A stretch of 64,000 bases of DNA, taken from positions 26,350,001 to 26,414,000 of the forward strand of contig NC_135905.1 of assembly GCF_964194155.1 (NCBI RefSeq), written 5' to 3'. Shown piece after piece: positions 1-12,999 of the stretch. The stretch is from Cetorhinus maximus (lineage: Eukaryota). Each line of letters starts with the position of its first letter. Within the stretch, counting starts at the first letter, position 1. The position numbers and the translations under genes were made by a program. The notes under the pieces are model-generated. The model made no database searches. It was not told where the DNA came from and saw nothing but the letters and a program-made list of their open reading frames with translations.

Positions 1-1544
1 TGTGAAAATCTGACAGAAGAAAACCAGGATATCTTTGCTCGTGCATAAACTCCTGAAAATGTGACAATGGCTGAACAGCACATCCGTGCTTGAAGCCAAG
101 TCTGCTAGTTCCTGCTACAAGTAGTCAAAGGCACAGTGTATGATAACTTAGGGTTGTGATCATTCTAATCAAACCCCTCTGTATATTTGATCTTGTTTAG
201 ACTTTGTCATTCAGTGGGAGGTCTTAAATCTGGCATCTTCAAGTATACTGGAAGGTAGCATTGACCCTCAGGCATCATTATCAAACCACTGGCCTGTCAT
301 GCTTTGATAGACACCAGTTGGTACAGTGTAGGGGGCCTGAGCTGGTTTATGCAGGGATCGACAGGATTTAAACTTCCTCAAATTATCCAAATGAAGGGGA
401 CAGGCGAGTACATCATGCTAACGAAGGTTCTGCGCTCGGTCAAACTGCGTGTAAGTAGTGATAGTATGCTTCAAATGGCTGGCTAATTAAAGTCTGTCTG
501 AGTCCAAATGAAGGTCAAGGACAATAAACCTGACATTCACGTGGCAATTGAAAATGAAGAAACTGAACAATTTCTTTGCACCGTCAGTGTGAAATGCATT
601 TGTGCTTTAGGATGTCACCAGCACATGAAATATCGTTTTAATTTGTATTTTTAAACTGTATTTGAGGCAAAAATAATAAATCTGCAATTTTCTCAGCCCG
701 TATCTTTACTACTTAAGATGTACGAAATATTGAATTGTCCACTCTCAGTCCAGTCTTGCACTAATTAATTTAATCTTTGAATTAAAGCTCAGGCTGATAA
801 TGATTAGAACAAGTTGCTTTTCAATCTGATTAATTTTGCCATGACCCATAATGTACCTTTTGTGTGTTCCTGTGTATATTTAGGAAGAAATAGGTTATAG
901 AGCAATTGAAAGGACCAAGTCCTATTGCTATATTGTTCTGCATAGAATGAATATTGCATAAACTTTATTTTTTAATAAAATCTTTATTCCATAATCTCGT
1001 GGAGAGCATGTTGCCCAGGTTCCCATTTCAGTAGTTGTGCGTGCCAATGTCAGTAATGGTGCCGTCATGCCAAGGCTGTGAGGTGCGTAAATGACAGAAT
1101 AACTCCAGAATCAGGTCCTCACATGACTTTGGAATGCAGGCAGGCTGTTTCACATTGCTTAGGCATGACCTCCCCCAACATGGAGCCTTGAGCCAGGTCT
1201 TTAAGAAAGGTGCTCTCCCCTGCCTCTCAGGAGTACTGTTTGCCACAGTACATAAGTCTCAGATAACCTAACTTGGCATAACTGGCACCTAAAACATGCC
1301 ACCAATCCACAAGGAGAATAGTGCAAGTCTGACTGCCCTCAGAAACGACATTCGGGCTAGGGGTGGGAATGAAGTTCTGTTCTGAGGTCTGATCAGTGAA
1401 CTCACTGAGGATAGTTTTAACACTGGGCAGACTGAACAGATACTGTTATATACCCTGTCCTAATTTCTCCTCCGATGATTTCAGTGGAATGTCAAATCAG
1501 GCTGTGCAATAGATAGCCAATTCAATATGACTCAATTACTCACA

Positions 1545-1995
1545 CAATTACATCAAAATTACAGGACAGAAATGGACCATTTGGCTCAAATATCTACACC
1601 CATGTTTATGCTCCACATGAGCCTCCCGCCCTCTACAACCCACTGAAACAACCTATCCTCATATTCCTTTCTCCCTCATTTCTTTATCCAGCTTCTCCCT
1701 CAATGCATCTGTGCTATTCTCCTTAACTACTTCATGTGGTAGCAAGTTTCATATTCTCATCAATCTCTGAGTAAAGAAGTTTCTCCAAAATTCCTTCCTG
1801 GATTTATTGGTGACTATCTTATATTTCTGGCCCCTAGTTATAACTTCTCTGGTGAATCATCCTTGTGAATTTTCTTTGCACTTACTCCAGTGTCTCTAAA
1901 TTCTTTTTGTAATATGGAGACCAGAGCTGAGCACAGTCCTCTACCTGAGTGTGAACTAACCAAGGTCCTATTCAAGCTCAACATAACTTTTTCCA
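1545..1995 (-). mobile_element. CR1-type LINE 3' fragment, degraded
   Basis: Reverse strand matches the CR1 ORF2 C-terminus (ttggttagttcacactc, aggactgtgctcagctctggtctcca, YCVQFWSP-like) and the 3' tail seen in other copies in the window. Confidence 0.7.
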
Positions 1996-2086
1996 CAAAC
2001 CATTGTCTCATTGAGTGAATGTGCTTGTTTAACCATTTGGTTCAATTTTTCTTTCCCACAATTTCTGACCAAGTTTTATGAACTGT

Positions 2087-2413
2087 GCTAGGCCAGCATT
2101 TATTGCCCATCCCTAATTGCCCTTGTTCAGAGGGCATTTAAGAATCAACCACATTGCTGTGGGTCTGGAGTCACATGTAGGCCAGACCAGGTGAGGACAG
2201 CAGATTTCCTTCCTTCCCTAAAGGACATTAGTGAACCAGATGGGTTTTACAACAATCGACATTAGTTTCATGGTCATCATTAGACTGTTAATTCCAGATT
2301 TTTATTTGGATTCAAGTTTCACCATCTGCCATAGCAGGATTCAAACCCAGGTCCCCAGAGTATTACCTCGGATTACTAGTCCAGTGACAATACCACTACG
2401 CCATCGCTTCCCC
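2087..2413 (-). mobile_element. HE1-type tRNA-derived SINE
   Basis: Reverse strand: gcgatggcgtagtggt (A box), gggtttgaatcc (B box), central gtgactccagacccacagcaatgtggttga, and 3' tail gggcaattagggatgggcaataaatgctggcc shared with the LINE at 59703-61160. Confidence 0.85.
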
Positions 2414-2414
2414 C

Positions 2415-2942
2415 TAACCTCACTGACCTACATTGGCTCCTGGTCTGTCACACCTCATTTAGAATTCTCATTCTTGTTTTCAAATCTTTTCATTATCTCA
2501 CCCTTCCCTATCTCCTACAGTCCTACAACTCTGAGATTTCTGCACTCCTCCTATTCTGGCCTCCTGCGCATTCCCAATTTTAATCGCTTCACTATTTGCG
2601 GCCCTGCCTTCAGCTACCTGGGTTCTAAGCTCTGAAGAAGAGTCATACGGACTCAAAACATTAATTCTATTTCTCTCTCCACCGATGCTGCCAGACCTGC
2701 TGAGTTTTTCCAGCATTTTCTGTTTTTATTTCAGATTTCCAGCATCCGCAGTATTTTGCTTTTATCCTAAGCTCTAGAATTGTCTCCCTAAACTTCTTCA
2801 CCTCTCTCTCCTCCTTTCAGCTTTTGGTTGCCTCTACTAATGTCTCCTCACGAGGTTTGCTGTCAGATTTTGATACCTCCCCTGTGAAGTCTTGGGGCAT
2901 TAGGTCATGTTAAAAATGCAATGTCAATAAAAATTGTTGTTA
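2415..2942 (+). mobile_element. L2-like LINE 3' end, interrupted by a Penelope 3' fragment
   Basis: ctacattggctcctggtc (LHWL motif), gccttcagctacctgg, ctccctaaac, and cctgtgaag...aaattgttgtt tail; this family recurs in the window. Confidence 0.7.
2632..2765 (+). mobile_element. Penelope-like element 3' terminal fragment with decayed hammerhead motif; 9-bp TSD
   Basis: ctgaaga-a-gagtc-atacg-gactc-aaaac-att, then gatgctgccagacctgctgagtttttccagc tail; direct repeat ctaagctct at 2625-2633 and 2767-2775. Confidence 0.8.
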
Positions 2943-3949
2943 GCATTTCCAATTTCTTGCCAAATGTATTGAACTATGAGCAGTTCTGAGCTGTGAATGG
3001 ATACCTGCCAACAAGGGACTTGGTGAGATTGCTGGGCCATGGGACTTGCACAGCTAGTTGATGGAGGCATAAATTGAACTCCTTGGGTCTTTGGATTGAA
3101 ATCAAGACATAGACCTGGAACACATTGTTAATGGGATGTTAATTGTATTAACAAGGTTAAGGATACACTGCTGAAGGGCATTGATTGATTAATAACCTTG
3201 AGCACATATAAAGAGATACTGCTGGGACACTGGTTGTTAGTACTTAGGAGGTAGACATGTGTAGTGCAACACTCTGCAAATAAACTACCAAGAAAAAGAT
3301 TTGATTTTGTGCATTTTATGCAAGATATTTGAATAAGGTCTTGGATCTTTCAAGAAGACCTGATCAACTTTGTAAATAGGTTTGTGGGTGAAACCAGTTC
3401 TGGAATAAGCAGGCTGCTTAGTAAGGATAATGTTGGCCTGTGTACCTGACTCAGCTGTGTTGCACAGTTTCCTGGATTGTTTTCCAACCCCTCTTATTTT
3501 CACGCAGCACGGAAGTTAAACTGAGCGACAATGCCCCTTTAACATACTTCCACACGAAAAAAAGGAACAAAAATAACTCTGAGAGGATGCAAAGTAGAAG
3601 AGTAAACCGGAACCAGCAATCTGCGTTGGGTCTTATTTCAGCCATGAGTTTGTTGATACGATTTGTCAAACTCTGAAGGGTGAGAAATGACCTTGTTTCT
3701 GACAATGACATGCGAATTGGTTTCAGTGATACTGTAATCTCAAAAACAAAACCCACTGGTAAACCTGAATTCACTGTCGCGAAAGGAAAAATAAAGTATC
3801 TTGATCACTGACACTTTTCTGGCAATCTATCTTATGTTTTGTCCAAGGTATCAAGTCATCTTGGTTTCTCAGTTTTTAAAAATAATATTTTCTCTGTAAC
3901 GGATGCAGCGAATCAATAAGTATGCACCGGGCTTTAGACCTTCCCTTAG

Positions 3950-4620
3950 AATCATGGGAACTTACAGCACAGGATGAGGCCATTCAGCCTGCTGTGCCTG
4001 TACTGGTCCTTTGGAAGAGCTGTCCAGTTGGTCCTATATTCTTCTTTTTGTTCATAACTCTTTAAATTCCTCATCCTCAAGTACCTGTCTAACTCCCTTT
4101 TAAAATTATTGATGGAAATGTCTTCCACAATCTTTTTGGGTAGAGCACTCCAGATCCTGATGATTCCTTGTGTGAAAACATTCTCCTCACCTCCTCTCTA
4201 AATATTTTTTATCAATGCTTTTAAATCTCTGACCCCCTGGTTATTGACCCACTCACTAGAGGAACCAGCTTTTTCCATCTACTCTAACTTGAAAACCTCG
4301 ATTGAGTCACCTCTTCACCTTCTCAGTTCCAAGGGGAACAGTCCGAACTTTCCCAACTTCTCCTCATCACTGAAATCCCTCACCCCTGGTAACATCCTGG
4401 TAAACCTCCTTTCTAAGGCCTTAACCTCTTTCCTGAAGTGTGTGGTTGTCCGCAACTCTCCAGCTGATGCCTAACCAGTCATTTATAAAGTTCTAGCATG
4501 ATTGCTTTGCTTTTCTTTTCTAGTTATAACCCCCAAGGAACTCATATGTATTTTGTAACCATCTTATCAACTTGCTCTTCTCAACCTTTAAAGATTTTTT
4601 GCATACGTATGTCGAGCTTT
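3950..4620 (-). mobile_element. CR1-type LINE 3' fragment
   Basis: Reverse strand: ttcaggaaagaggttaaggccttagaaaggaggtttaccaggatgttacca (RKEV.ALERRFTRML), then the typical CR1 3' UTR ending gctgaatggcctcatcctgtgctgtaa. Confidence 0.75.
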
Positions 4621-7309
4621 CCTTGTCTACACTTCTCATAAAAAGGCCAGAATTGTGATTCTTTATGAATTTTACTGGTTAAACGAGGACTTCCTCTTCT
4701 GCAAAGATGTTGAGAAAACATTGTCCACTTTGAATGTACTGAAGTAACTCTCCAGGGTTATATCTTATAAAGATATGGGACTGTCCAAAGAGGCTGGCTG
4801 TCGCAGTTGAAGGCTAGAGCAGGTGAGGCAGTGGCAAACTCACTGGTGAAACTTTTCAAGCTTACACAACAGAAGGACGAAACTCATTTAAATCCTGTCC
4901 TGGGACACGCAGTCTGTCCAGCCGCCAACTCTCCAGGATTGGCCTGGAGACTCCAGGGGTTGAAGATTAATCTCCCGCACTCTGCTTCGAGCCAGGAGAA
5001 AAATCAGAAGGACGGTAAAACAGATTGCGAGTTTTATTTTCCATTTTCTTTTCTCTGAACGCCTTGCACGACCATGAGCACGTGTGCCACGGCCTTCTAC
5101 CTTTCTCAGTCCTTCTGGGGCCTAATGCCCACACCTCTGAAATGTTCATGGCCTGTGCCAGGGCAGAACTCGAGGGCTCTCGTTCATGAACGGAGACAAG
5201 GCCGAGGGCAAGTTTCTCTGGTCGATCATGCCACTTTCCTTAGCACAGCCACTAAATAGCTCAAGCAGAGACAGGCGAACCAGAAATTGAGATGCGACTT
5301 TATTGAAATACGCACTTTAGCCCAAATGCCAAATTTGTATTATTGTGAAATATTACCATATTTTCGCCTCTTGGCTGCTTCCAGCATTGTTGATTTGTCA
5401 CTTTAGTTGCAAGTTAGATCATTTACCATCTTATAGAGGCACATCAATCCACCTGGAAAGTCTGCCCTACAAAACAAAGAATAAAAAGGCTTTAGACAAG
5501 CCAGAAAACTTAGGAGGTTAGATTATAAAAGCTGGGAAGCGATTGCAACAGTGAAAATCCTTTATTCTCTCAACCTATTGTTATGTCAGGGATATAGTTA
5601 CCCCCACAAGGCAGCAGTCTCTTCTGAACTGATTCTACAGCCAAAAGTGACCTGGATTTGCTCTGAGGGATGCATTTAATATCTGCTTTTCAGAAAGATA
5701 AAATATCTTGTAACACTGCACCAAAGTATCACAACCTATCTGGAATAATGCAACCATTTCCTTTCAAATATTATTTACAATCAGAAGTAATGTTTACTAC
5801 AAAGTCATAAGCCAAATCAAGCATTCAATGATTAAAAATGACATAATGAGTGAACACACAGATTTAGTATAATCAGTGCTGTATGATGAGATTGCTGGGA
5901 TGTTAATGAACAGCAGTTATTATCAATGGAATATAATAACCTGTACACAGAGGTATCACCATGAATTATACTCGTTTCTTATTCATGTTTCAATGTAATT
6001 ATATGCTAACAATATTTTTCAGGTGCACATCATATTTAATTAGTCAGTAAATGATGCAACATGCCAGTGAATATTGGCTTTTCCAGTGTACTGGACTGTA
6101 ACAGAATAGGTTTCAGGGTAGATCTGACAGAGATAGAGGCCTGGATTCCTTAAGCACAGGATGAAGATGGTTTTTTATGCCAAGAGTTTAGTTGTTTGGG
6201 ATGAAGCTTTAAAAAAGAGAGTCTCTGTGTGCAATCCATTTTTTTTTAAATGATGAATGTGATCAGGCAGACAACATGAAGCATAAGTCAACTTAACAAT
6301 GTTATTTCCCTGCTGGTAAGCCTTGAGTGAACAGGATCTTCAGTGAGATTGATGACCCTTCAGTGCCTACGTAAGCGGTATGCCAAACTACCAAAGTCTG
6401 ACAAAACCAGCATGTTAAAGGCCCATTTAATCAGTATTTTAAGGCTGTGGTTATGCTATAGCAATTGGCTTCTGATTAGTTGCTATGGTGGCCATCTTGT
6501 TTATGCAAGTTGGCTGTGAATCAGGCCTTGTGGCTTTGTTCACTGCTGGTAAATTTTGAAAGAGCTTGAGAGACAAAGTGGGAGTGTCCACTTTCTTGAA
6601 ATTATTTAAATAAGGTCTCCTTAAGTTTAAAAAGGTCCTGTGCTCCCTGGAAGACTCACTAAACTGGAATGATGCTCCACATGGCATCAAACAGAAGTGA
6701 TGTCAGTCAGCTTTCTCAAGCAGTCCTGCCACCACTACCTTCCAATCAGATCAGGACTTGACTCCTGGATTGTGTGGCCATTTTAGCATCATTGATTAGC
6801 AAAAGTGGCGCATGACTGTACCCTAGGACTATTGAGGAACAAATTCACTTCACGTGGTACATTGTAGGTGCACGTAGCGCAATGTAGCTTTCAACGGCCT
6901 GCAGAAATAGGAACAGGAGTAGGCCATTCAGCCCCTCATGCCTGCTTCACCATTTAATTAGGTCTGGCTGACTTCACTCCCTTTTCTCAGCTTATCTCCA
7001 TATTCCTTGATACCACTGCCCAAATCGACGATGCCTATTGAGGTTGTGGGCTGGTTCGGGTCACGGGCCCACGCGCTGCACTCCCGACCTGGCTGGCCCC
7101 ACTGTGAGGATAGGCAAGTCCTAATCCTCCACAATTTTCACGGAGTTGGGCCAGCTTTTCAGAGTCATGATTCACGACACACCAGATGTGCCGTAAACCA
7201 TCGTCTGCTTGAGGGAACCTTTTGAAAAGTAAATTCGAAAGGTCCATCTCAGGACCAGGTCCATCCCCCAGTGCCAAGGTATGTCCCCACTCACTCCCTA
7301 CGGCTCCTC

Positions 7310-7632
7310 AAACAGCAGTGTGATAATGACCAGATAATCCGTTTTAGTGATATCGATTGAGGGATAAATATTGGCCAGCGACACCATGGCGAACTCCCTG
7401 CTCTTTTTTGAAATGGTGCCCTGGGATCTTTTAACCCACCTGAGAGGGCAGAGGGGGGGCCACGGTTTAACATCTCATGCGAAAGACGGCACCTCCAACA
7501 GTGCAGCACTCCCTCAGCACTGTACTGGGAGTGCCAGCCTAGATCGTACGCTCAAGTCTTATCAAGTGAAACTTGAACATTTCTGACTCTGAGGTACCGG
7601 TGTTATCCACTGAGCCATGGCTGACACCTGAT
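7310..7632 (-). mobile_element. Deu-domain SINE (SacSINE1/AmnSINE-like)
   Basis: Reverse strand: gtgtcagccatggctcagtgg tRNA-like head, then gctgcactgttggaggtgccgtctttcgcatgagatgttaaaccg...caatatttatccctcaa Deu-domain core. Confidence 0.75.
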
Positions 7633-9769
7633 GCACCATTAGTTGCCTGAGCTGTAGCTTCTGGTGGTGGTGGTCGGTGACTTTGCTGAGATTTTCAATT
7701 GTGTTGGTGGACAGGATTCACTATTGGATGCACCCAATTCGAAAATTACCCCTCCTCACCTTCCCCCAACTTGATTAAGAGATCAGGAAATAGGGAGTTC
7801 CCATTAATATTAAGTCTGGTTTGTACCTCTCTGCAAAAAAATTTCATTTTGATTTAAAATTCTTGATCTTATTTATAATGTAATTTCATCAATAAGGTAA
7901 TGCTGTTTGCTGCTAATAAGTTAAAATTGCTTACTTTACTTCCCTGTCCTTGCCCCATCAGTATCGGCTCCAAGCAAAATTGGAATCCACCTGTGATTCT
8001 GCCAAATTCCTATATGTCACCTCTTCAATATGATAGCAAACTGATTTCAATTTATTTCACCCTAACTTGCTGGCATGAAATGGAAAGAAAATGGCAGCAG
8101 GAAGAGTAACTCATACTGCCAAACAAATGAAACCCATAGGCTCACCATTCTGCCAGGAATAATAAGCACAGACTCCAAATACTACCAAACAAATTGATTG
8201 GATGTAGCCCTGAGCGCATCATTAAACATAACCCCCTAGAGAATTAAGCACAATGAACAGATAGCTAACTAGAAGACTGAAGGATTAAATGCTATAGAGC
8301 GGTATTTAGCATTCTTACAGCAAGAAAGATTCTGATGCCATCTGTCTAAGCACAATGAAGATCAACTGCCAAGAATGCAAACAATTTGACCACTGGGATA
8401 ATTGGATATAATGCTTACATATTTGAATCAATGCAAAATTGGATAGGGTGGGCATAAACCTAATAGCTTGGAACAAGGTGAAATCGAGTTGCTACTTTTG
8501 AAGTTAATTATAAATAGAAGCTCAAGAGCCGGGGCATATCAAACAAGCCTTGATTTTGATCGGGAAAAACAGCACAGCATTCCTTCACAATTAAAAAAAC
8601 TAGAAAATGGTCGGATTTCTCATTTATTTTCTTAGAGCCAGGCATATTGAATTTCAACTGAGGATTGTACCTGGATGTTTGTAAGTGAATACAAATTGGG
8701 CACATTAGAACCAGTTAAGTTTCGACACCTGGCTATTCATTTGGGACCATGAGAATCCCATTGGCATTTCTGTCAATGGCTCGTTGCTTTATTATATCTC
8801 GTTAATTTGGACAGAGCAATTCCTAGTAGACATCCTGAAGATCCTTTTCTTCCCCCGGATCGAGATGGCAGATTACTTTAGCATAGCGATTCCACTCACC
8901 CTGAACACCAAGCCTTGGGGAGCTCAAAGGCAGGCTTGGCTTGCTCGTGTGCCTTACAGATACTTGCATGGTCATCTCAAAAATCACAATCTTCTTGAAA
9001 TGTTCCTAAAATGCAACATTTACCTCTTGGGTGTTCTGTTTTGGAAGGAAGTGTACTAGTTATCTCTGCATTTATCACAGAGCAACTGAAAACCCTTGAT
9101 AAGAGCCAAATGGCTGTTGCTTAGGAACTCAGTGTTCTCTGCACTGATAAAGCTCTGGAAAATGTTAGCTGATTTGATGACTTCAGTTGCTTTAAAAGTG
9201 CAAAACTATATCTGTTCCAATAAACATGTATCCATATCTCATTGTCAGCGTGGTGAAGGCTGGAATTGTAATGTTGTTACCGGGTACATCTAAAATTTAC
9301 TAAGTTGGCATTAATTATGGAGAAATTGCCCAAGGTTAGATCGTCTTCAGCTAACCACCTCTACATGCATCCAGAAGGGTTCAATATCCTTAAAAAAACC
9401 ATTGACCTCTGCAGTCAGGAGGAGGCCATTCAGCCCTTTGGGTTTGTCCTGTCAAGGAGATCATGGCTGTTTCGTATCCTGGCTTCGTATCCTAGCTTCA
9501 TATCCTTGGCTAGCAAAAATCTAAAATTATTAATTGAGCTAGTATCCACTGATTTCTGCAGTCATTGTGCAAGGGATACTGAAGCAGCTTTATGTGCTAA
9601 TGTGCCTGAAATGTCCATGGTCACAGTGTCCCATTGTGTATATTGCACAGTTTAACAATAAGCATTTTAGATCAGTTTGCTTCTGTGAATGAACGGACAA
9701 AACAAAGTGCTCACTAGGTTCATGCAGCAAAAAAATCCTTCAAAGTATTAGAAGTGTGTCAATGTAGAA

Positions 9770-10115
9770 GCTACACTAACAACTGATTTAAGTTTATCAG
9801 TCAAACTCATAACACTTTTTTACACTTGCTGGAAGCGACGCACATTCATACACAGGGACCTGCTCTCTGCAAACAAAAGGAATATGCGCAAGCCTAGTGC
9901 CTCTTTTGAATTACCCAGGAGCTTGGGGAACCTATAGATCCTGGTTGCTTTCTCCATGGCAACACCTCAGCCAATCAGAGTCTACTTGCCAAGCAATCAA
10001 CACCCTTTTCTCCTGTTGTATAAATTGTTGTGATCGTTTGAAATTTGGTTCTCTTGAGTTTGTCCTGATGAGTGCAAGATGAAAAGCTTCAGCAACATGT
10101 CTCACTTCTCAGCAA
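9770..10115 (+). mobile_element. Penelope-like element (second family) 3' fragment: GIY-YIG C-terminus, UTR and hammerhead-like motif
   Basis: Translates FKFISQTHNTFLHLLEATHIHTQGPALCKQKEY, matching the LEA..I....P.LC.QKE end of PLE endonucleases; followed by gtc-ctgatga-gtgcaagat-gaaa-agcttc at 10062-10090. Confidence 0.7.
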
Positions 10116-10552
10116 TTTTGGAAGTCCTTGGTCATTTATCGAGAGCAAGTTCTTTCTGGAACTTTCCATGCATCTTTTCTTTGTGTATGTTGAGAGACAT
10201 CGGGTGGAATTGTCTGTGCCCACTGGCGTTGGGTGTTGAACCACCCCATGGTTCAAGCTAACAGTGCAGCCTTGCAGTGTGGGTTAGGAGTGTGCCTACA
10301 CCTGAGCTGAGAGCACAGCCTGCAGTCCAGTGGGCAAAGCTGCTGCCAATCAGTCAGGTGGAGTGGGGCAGAGGAGGGTGGGGTTTCGGGCAGCCATGCA
10401 ATGCACTAACCTCTGGCCAACCAAGTGGTGACCAGCAATCTTTGGGATGTGTTAATTGGCCTTCAGACTTAGCCAAGAGAGGTCCTTAGTGTACCCAAGC
10501 TAACCCAATCGTCCCTCTCTCTTTCATCCTACAGGAGGAGTATATCAGGAGC

Positions 10553-11777
10553 ATGGAGCCTGGTGAACTAGCTGTATGCCTCATGGCGAACAGAGAATGA
10601 AGACAACAGAGAAGAAAGTGATGGAGATGCCTGGCTGCGTAGCGGGAGGAGCAGCACCCTCAGGAAGAAGAGGCAACTGGGACTCTTACACACGCCGCTA
10701 AAGAGCAACGGAAAGCATCGTTGGTCGGTGCCTAGCTAGACCCAGGGTCAATAAACGCTGCCGTTAATTCCTGCAGATGATGGAGAACCAGCGGTGCCGA
10801 AGACTGTGCATGTCTAGGGCACTGGTCGGTAACATCTGCCGGCTACTGCAGGATTTGACACCCCGAGACATGGAGGGCATCCACTGCTGGTGGCCGTGAA
10901 AGTGACCTTGGCGCTCAACTTTTACACCAGTGGCTCCACAGGTGCCCTCTGTGGGATATCACAAGCCTCCACCCACAAATGCATCTATGAGGTCACGGCT
11001 GCCATCTTTGCGAGGGCCACACAACTTTGTGCATTTCGCCCTGGACCAGGACAGCCAGGATGCAAGGGCAATTGGATTCACCCAATCTTGGGTTTCCCAC
11101 AGGTGCAGCGTGCGATCGACTGCACTCACATGGCGCTCAGATCTCCATCGCTACACACGGTCAACTACATCAACCACAAGGGATTCCATTTGCTGAATGT
11201 GCAGCTGGTGTGTGACCACCACAAACACATCCTGCAGGTGTGCACACGGTTTCCAGGGAGTGTGCACGATGTCTACATCCTCAGTTGATCACGTCTTCCA
11301 GGGTCCACAGAGGCTGCAGGTTTGGCTCCTCGGGGACAAGAGTTACCCACAGAGGCCGTGGCTGATGACACCTGTGCGGCGGCCTCAGACTGCAGCAGAG
11401 CGACGCTATAATGAGGCTCATGCTGCAACTCGCAACTTAGTGGAACAGACCATCGCGATGCTGAAAATAAGGTCCTGGTGCCTGGATCGGTCTGGTGGAG
11501 CCCTGCAATACAGTCCACAGAGGGTTTCACACATCGTCATCGTCTGCTATGTCCCTTACAGCCTGGCACTGCAACGGGGAGAGGAGCTGTTGAGCAGGAG
11601 ATGGAGGAGCTGGAGGTCTCCTCCGATGAGGAGGACTCTGACGGGGATGAGGGTGAGGAGGTCCTCAAAGGTGACGCTGATGGCAGTGAGGCCCTCGCAC
11701 TGACCAGATGAGGCGGGTGTGCTCAGGAGGCCCTCACAGTTGCTAGATTTGTGGAGGATGATGACGACATGCAGTGA
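10553..11777 (+). pseudogene. Harbinger DDE transposase (HARBI1-like), frameshifted with stops
   Basis: Motifs spread across frames: VAVKVTLALNFYTSG, GFPQVQRAIDCTH, NHKGFHLLNVQLVCD, FPGSVHD, WLLGDKSYP, YNEAHAATRNLVEQTIAMLK; acidic tail SSDEEDSDGDEGEE. Confidence 0.9.
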
Positions 11778-12409
11778 GGAGAAACCATGGATCCTCACAT
11801 TGCATCTGTGAACGTTTGACTCCAGTCTGGCAGATGGCAGCGCGAATACCCTCTGTGAGAATGTTCCTGTCATGGAGACACAGGGGGGGCCTGAGAATAG
11901 TTGCCCAATTGCAAGAGGATGATGACAACCTGCAGTGAGGACACTCCACAGATCTTCACATAGCCTCTGACTCCTGCCTGGCCGAGGGCAGCTCGTTTGC
12001 ACTATGTGATCAGGGTCATATCATGGAGATGCAGCCAAGAAACTTTAGAAGCATCTGATCCTTTTTCCGCCTTCAGCACCTGAGCCCTTCAGAAGCCAGA
12101 GCACAGCATCACTGGTCAGAGATGCTGAAGAGATGAGGGCCAGCCCCACCTTAAAGGTGCTGAGAGCAAACAGAGAGAATGAGGGAACTCTGTGACACTT
12201 GCCCACAATATTTTGGCAGTAACGACAAGCACCGTTGAGGTGCAGGCATCACTAATATGTCCAGGGAGTGTGAGGCTGGACCATCACTTTGGTCTGAAGG
12301 ATGCACAAAGCACAGGGAAGAGGCCCTGGACTGAGGCACCTGCCTTTATCTTGTGCAGAAAGGTTTCACATCTGAGTGACAGAACACTGCTCATCAGAAC
12401 AAGGAGCAT

Positions 12410-12986
12410 TCAAGAAGGGGAATGAAATCTGGCACCTAGCTAACAGAGACCAAGCAATGTTTATATTACTAATAAAATTGGTACTATGAATGGGGTTTTA
12501 TTGTTGGAAGAGGTTGGTGATATAATGAGAATTTACATTCAATGATTTGTGCTAGGTATTAGGATAGCAGTTTTGTGTGTGCGGGGCAGAGGCAATGTAA
12601 GAACAAAGTAGCTGTCAGCCTAAAACTGTCTCCACAGGAACCAAAGTGAAAGGAACTTCATGTTGAATTTGTAAGGTAAAAATGCTTTGCCTGGTGTCTG
12701 GTAAAATCTATGGGTTACCGTTGCCTTAATGGAGATTAGTTTAAGAATTTGTTCAAAATTATGATAGTAGTAATTTGTAGCCATGTGTATGTGTTTAATG
12801 TGTTGTAACTTAACTAAATGTTTCATTTAATTTAATATAAAATCTCTTGAGAAATGGTGGTCTGATTCCTGAATTTAGAGTTGCACCTCAAACATACCAC
12901 TTAAAAATATAGGTTACCACAGTTGTTTAAAGTTTCCCTCTGGGATTTTTAAATAACTCAGCTTTACCAATGGCTGTCTCATAACA
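12410..12986. mobile_element. AT-rich insertion inside the Harbinger element, probable partial LTR
   Basis: Abrupt compositional shift; right end ...gtctcataaca resembles a TGTTAT..ATAACA LTR terminus; left end not resolved. Confidence 0.45.
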
Positions 12987-12999
12987 CTCGGACTCAGCA

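Noticed and set aside
201-450. Plus-strand coding exon (tttag|...|gtaagt)
   Set aside because: All three frames contain stops over the 250 nt and no protein is recognisable; a non-coding exon cannot be excluded.
10553-11777. Domesticated HARBI1 host gene
   Set aside because: It has frameshifts and stops and sits within TIRs next to a Myb partner, so it is a dead transposon copy.
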